NCBI GenBank assembly: GCA_050575255.1
Contig: JBNZDD010013687.1
Span: 4,326,082-4,390,081 of the forward strand
Direction: 5' to 3'
Origin: Harriotta raleighana
Taxonomy: Eukaryota
DNA length: 64,000 nt
Shown piece by piece: positions 61,899-64,000 of this stretch. The translations under genes were made by a program, and so were the position numbers. How positions within the stretch are numbered: the stretch's first letter is position 1; every line of letters starts with the position of its first letter. The notes beneath the pieces were generated by a model that worked only from the letters and a program-made list of their open reading frames with translations, was not told the origin of the DNA and ran no database searches.

Positions 61899-62140
61899 AT
61901 AATAATAATCCTTGCATTTGATATGGCGCTTTTCATGTCTTACAGACGTCTCAAAACACTTCACAGAATATACACTAAAGCGAATTGACTGCATATTTGT
62001 GATCAAAATGCAGCAGCCAATTGCTCACACAGTGTTACACAAGCAGTCGTGAATTCAGTGAGCAAATGTTTTTTTAAGGATTATTATTCTCAGAAAAGCA
62101 ATCCGCCGATCGACTAACAACCGGGTTACTTACTGCTTAA
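61899..62140 (-). mobile_element. SINE, longer subfamily, head missing
   Basis: Tail, core and AAAAGCAATCCGCCGATCGACTAACAACCGGG segment. Confidence 0.88.
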
Positions 62141-64000
62141 CAACAAATTAGTTTGTCTCTTTTGCATCATTTTATACCTAAAACCTTGAAACTAATTTGG
62201 TGACATTTCATTGCTGTACCTAGGAATTTTAAGTAGTTTTGTGATTTTTGTGAAATTTTCATGGTTAATTCACTCGAGTATACAGTACAAGGCAGGGGGA
62301 CTCACTTCCATAGCTATATAAGTAGTTTTCAGGAAATTCAGTGAGAAAAAGTTACAGTACTCTGATATCGTTTGAAAAAGGTGAATGTCAGATTAAACTA
62401 TGTGGATAGTTGAGCAGTTTGAAGCACATCACATGATCCTCAACAAAAAGCTCCAGAATATTCATTCATCTCCATTGGTCAATTCTGGTCTGCTTACCTC
62501 CGCTTGTTAACAAGTGGTGGAACACGGTCAATCCTGACTGATGCTGAATAGCTAGACAAGACAGAAGGAGACCCACATACAACCATCTGCAGCTGTTTAC
62601 ACAGGTAGCAAGAGCATTCCGTGGAGACACAGCCTTTCCTGACGAGAGTGGTTGAAGGGGGGGGATTTCCGCACCAAATTGCCAAAGACGGTTTGCAATG
62701 ATCAAGGTGAAATACTGCGAATTAAGCAATATTCCTAGATTTTCTACATTTTGCAAATTCCGGTTTATAAACAATAAGGATTTGAAGTGCATCTCTTATC
62801 TTCCAGTTATGTAATTGCTGTTTTACAAACTGAAAAGATCTTTAATGAGATGTACGAGAGTGACAATGATACTAGTGGAGGCTGCAATAAAACTGCATCG
62901 TCTCTACATTTTAACGTGAAGGAAACAGTATAAGTTTTGGAAATTACTGTAATTAAACCCAATTAAATCACTGTCTTTTAAGTTCTGGACTTGCATGTGT
63001 GCAAAAGTGATCGTCAATCATGACCGGCTTAATTCACTTTAAAGATTCTGAACTTGAGAGTGAAATGAAGGCGGAAGTTATACATCATTGTGTGAAGAAA
63101 ATACACAGTTACTACACTTCATGATAAAAAAAATTCCAGAAGCGCTTTGAAATGCTCTTCTGGTATGAAAGGCACTATATCAAATGCAAGCATTATTTTT
63201 ATTGTTATTATTTGAGTAAAGTTTCCCAGATGGTCCATTCCAGCACAATCCCGTACAGACTGGAAGGTGGCAGGTTTGAATTCTGACCTTTCTCTGAGGT
63301 AGCTGATCTCAGCCAAGGTACATTTACTAGTTTAATTCTACTTTTGTTGCAGTGATACCAATGATGGTGGAGTGGAACGGGTGGAGCAACAGATATGAAA
63401 GAATCATATTTAAAATCACGTGATTATTTCAAAATGGCTAACAACCCAAAGATGTACATCGAATGTTTTCCTCACAGTATAATAAGAGACATTTGTGCTG
63501 TCACTGCTAATGCACTTAAGGAAGATGTGAAGAAAAGTTACAGCTTGTTTAAAATACTCAGAGAAGTGTATGCAGAAACTTTTGTGAGTGGCAGTGTGGC
63601 TTCTACACAGCTAGTACTTAACCAAGGCAATCAACAAACTTCATTCAAACAATAAAAATTTGCCCTTAATGTTGCTTGTCTGGGCAGGCTTTTTCAAAAA
63701 GAAAGAAAAATGGTTTGTTGTCTGTCATAATATAGAGCCACAACACTGTTTTGTAGATAATAAATATTACATACCAGACAACGAGGCAGCACAATTTACC
63801 TTAAAATGACAAGTGCCTTATGTTAATACTCAGTAAACTTTTAGCATACATTTCCAATTCGAGGTATGGAATTCATGGATCGAAATACAATAGTATAAGC
63901 GTACAATGTTGTATAAACCATGGAAGCATGCAGAAAATGTAAAAGTAGCTAATGTTTTGGATGCTTTCTCATTCAATTTAATGACACCATCAGACTGTCT

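Noticed and set aside
63352-63655. Acceptor-like site plus 86-aa ORF as SLC25A21 exon 2
   Set aside because: No similarity to the expected LVEICLMHPLDVVKTR carrier signature or any recognised protein.
1-64000. A novel multi-gene system
   Set aside because: Apart from one SLC25A21 exon, the recognisable coding-like sequence is decayed L2/CR1/Tigger; nothing supports a new gene cluster.

Overview
AT-rich vertebrate genomic DNA, most likely a cartilaginous fish. This is inferred from the repeats: tRNA-head/Deu-core/L2-tail SINEs resembling Callorhinchus milii SINE2-1_CM, plus L2, CR1, Tigger-type MITEs and Penelope-type termini. The only confidently recognisable coding sequence is the 67-nt first coding exon of SLC25A21 (17477-17543, +, MSVKKQSLLKEASHQIAAGGSA/G). 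I could not find exon 2, so the remaining ~46 kb is read as its very long intron 1, a region known in other vertebrates to carry regulatory elements of the PAX9 locus. About 4.7 kb upstream, a GC/CpG-rich promoter (~12.1-12.8 kb, ZNF143- and YY1-like motifs) appears to drive a divergent minus-strand multi-exon transcript with no long ORF in the window (MIPOL1 5' leader by human synteny, unverified). Nearly all ORFs in the track are repeat-derived or chance. Two assembly artefacts are visible: a 1290-bp duplicate around a single N, and a probably false 142-N gap. I see no convincing novel multi-gene system. The best leads are an inverted pair of Penelope-type termini with complementary decayed hammerhead-ribozyme cores, a Tigger family with a variable internal minisatellite slot, a 72-bp splice-acceptor-like direct repeat bracketing a candidate enhancer, and the uORF-rich divergent transcript.
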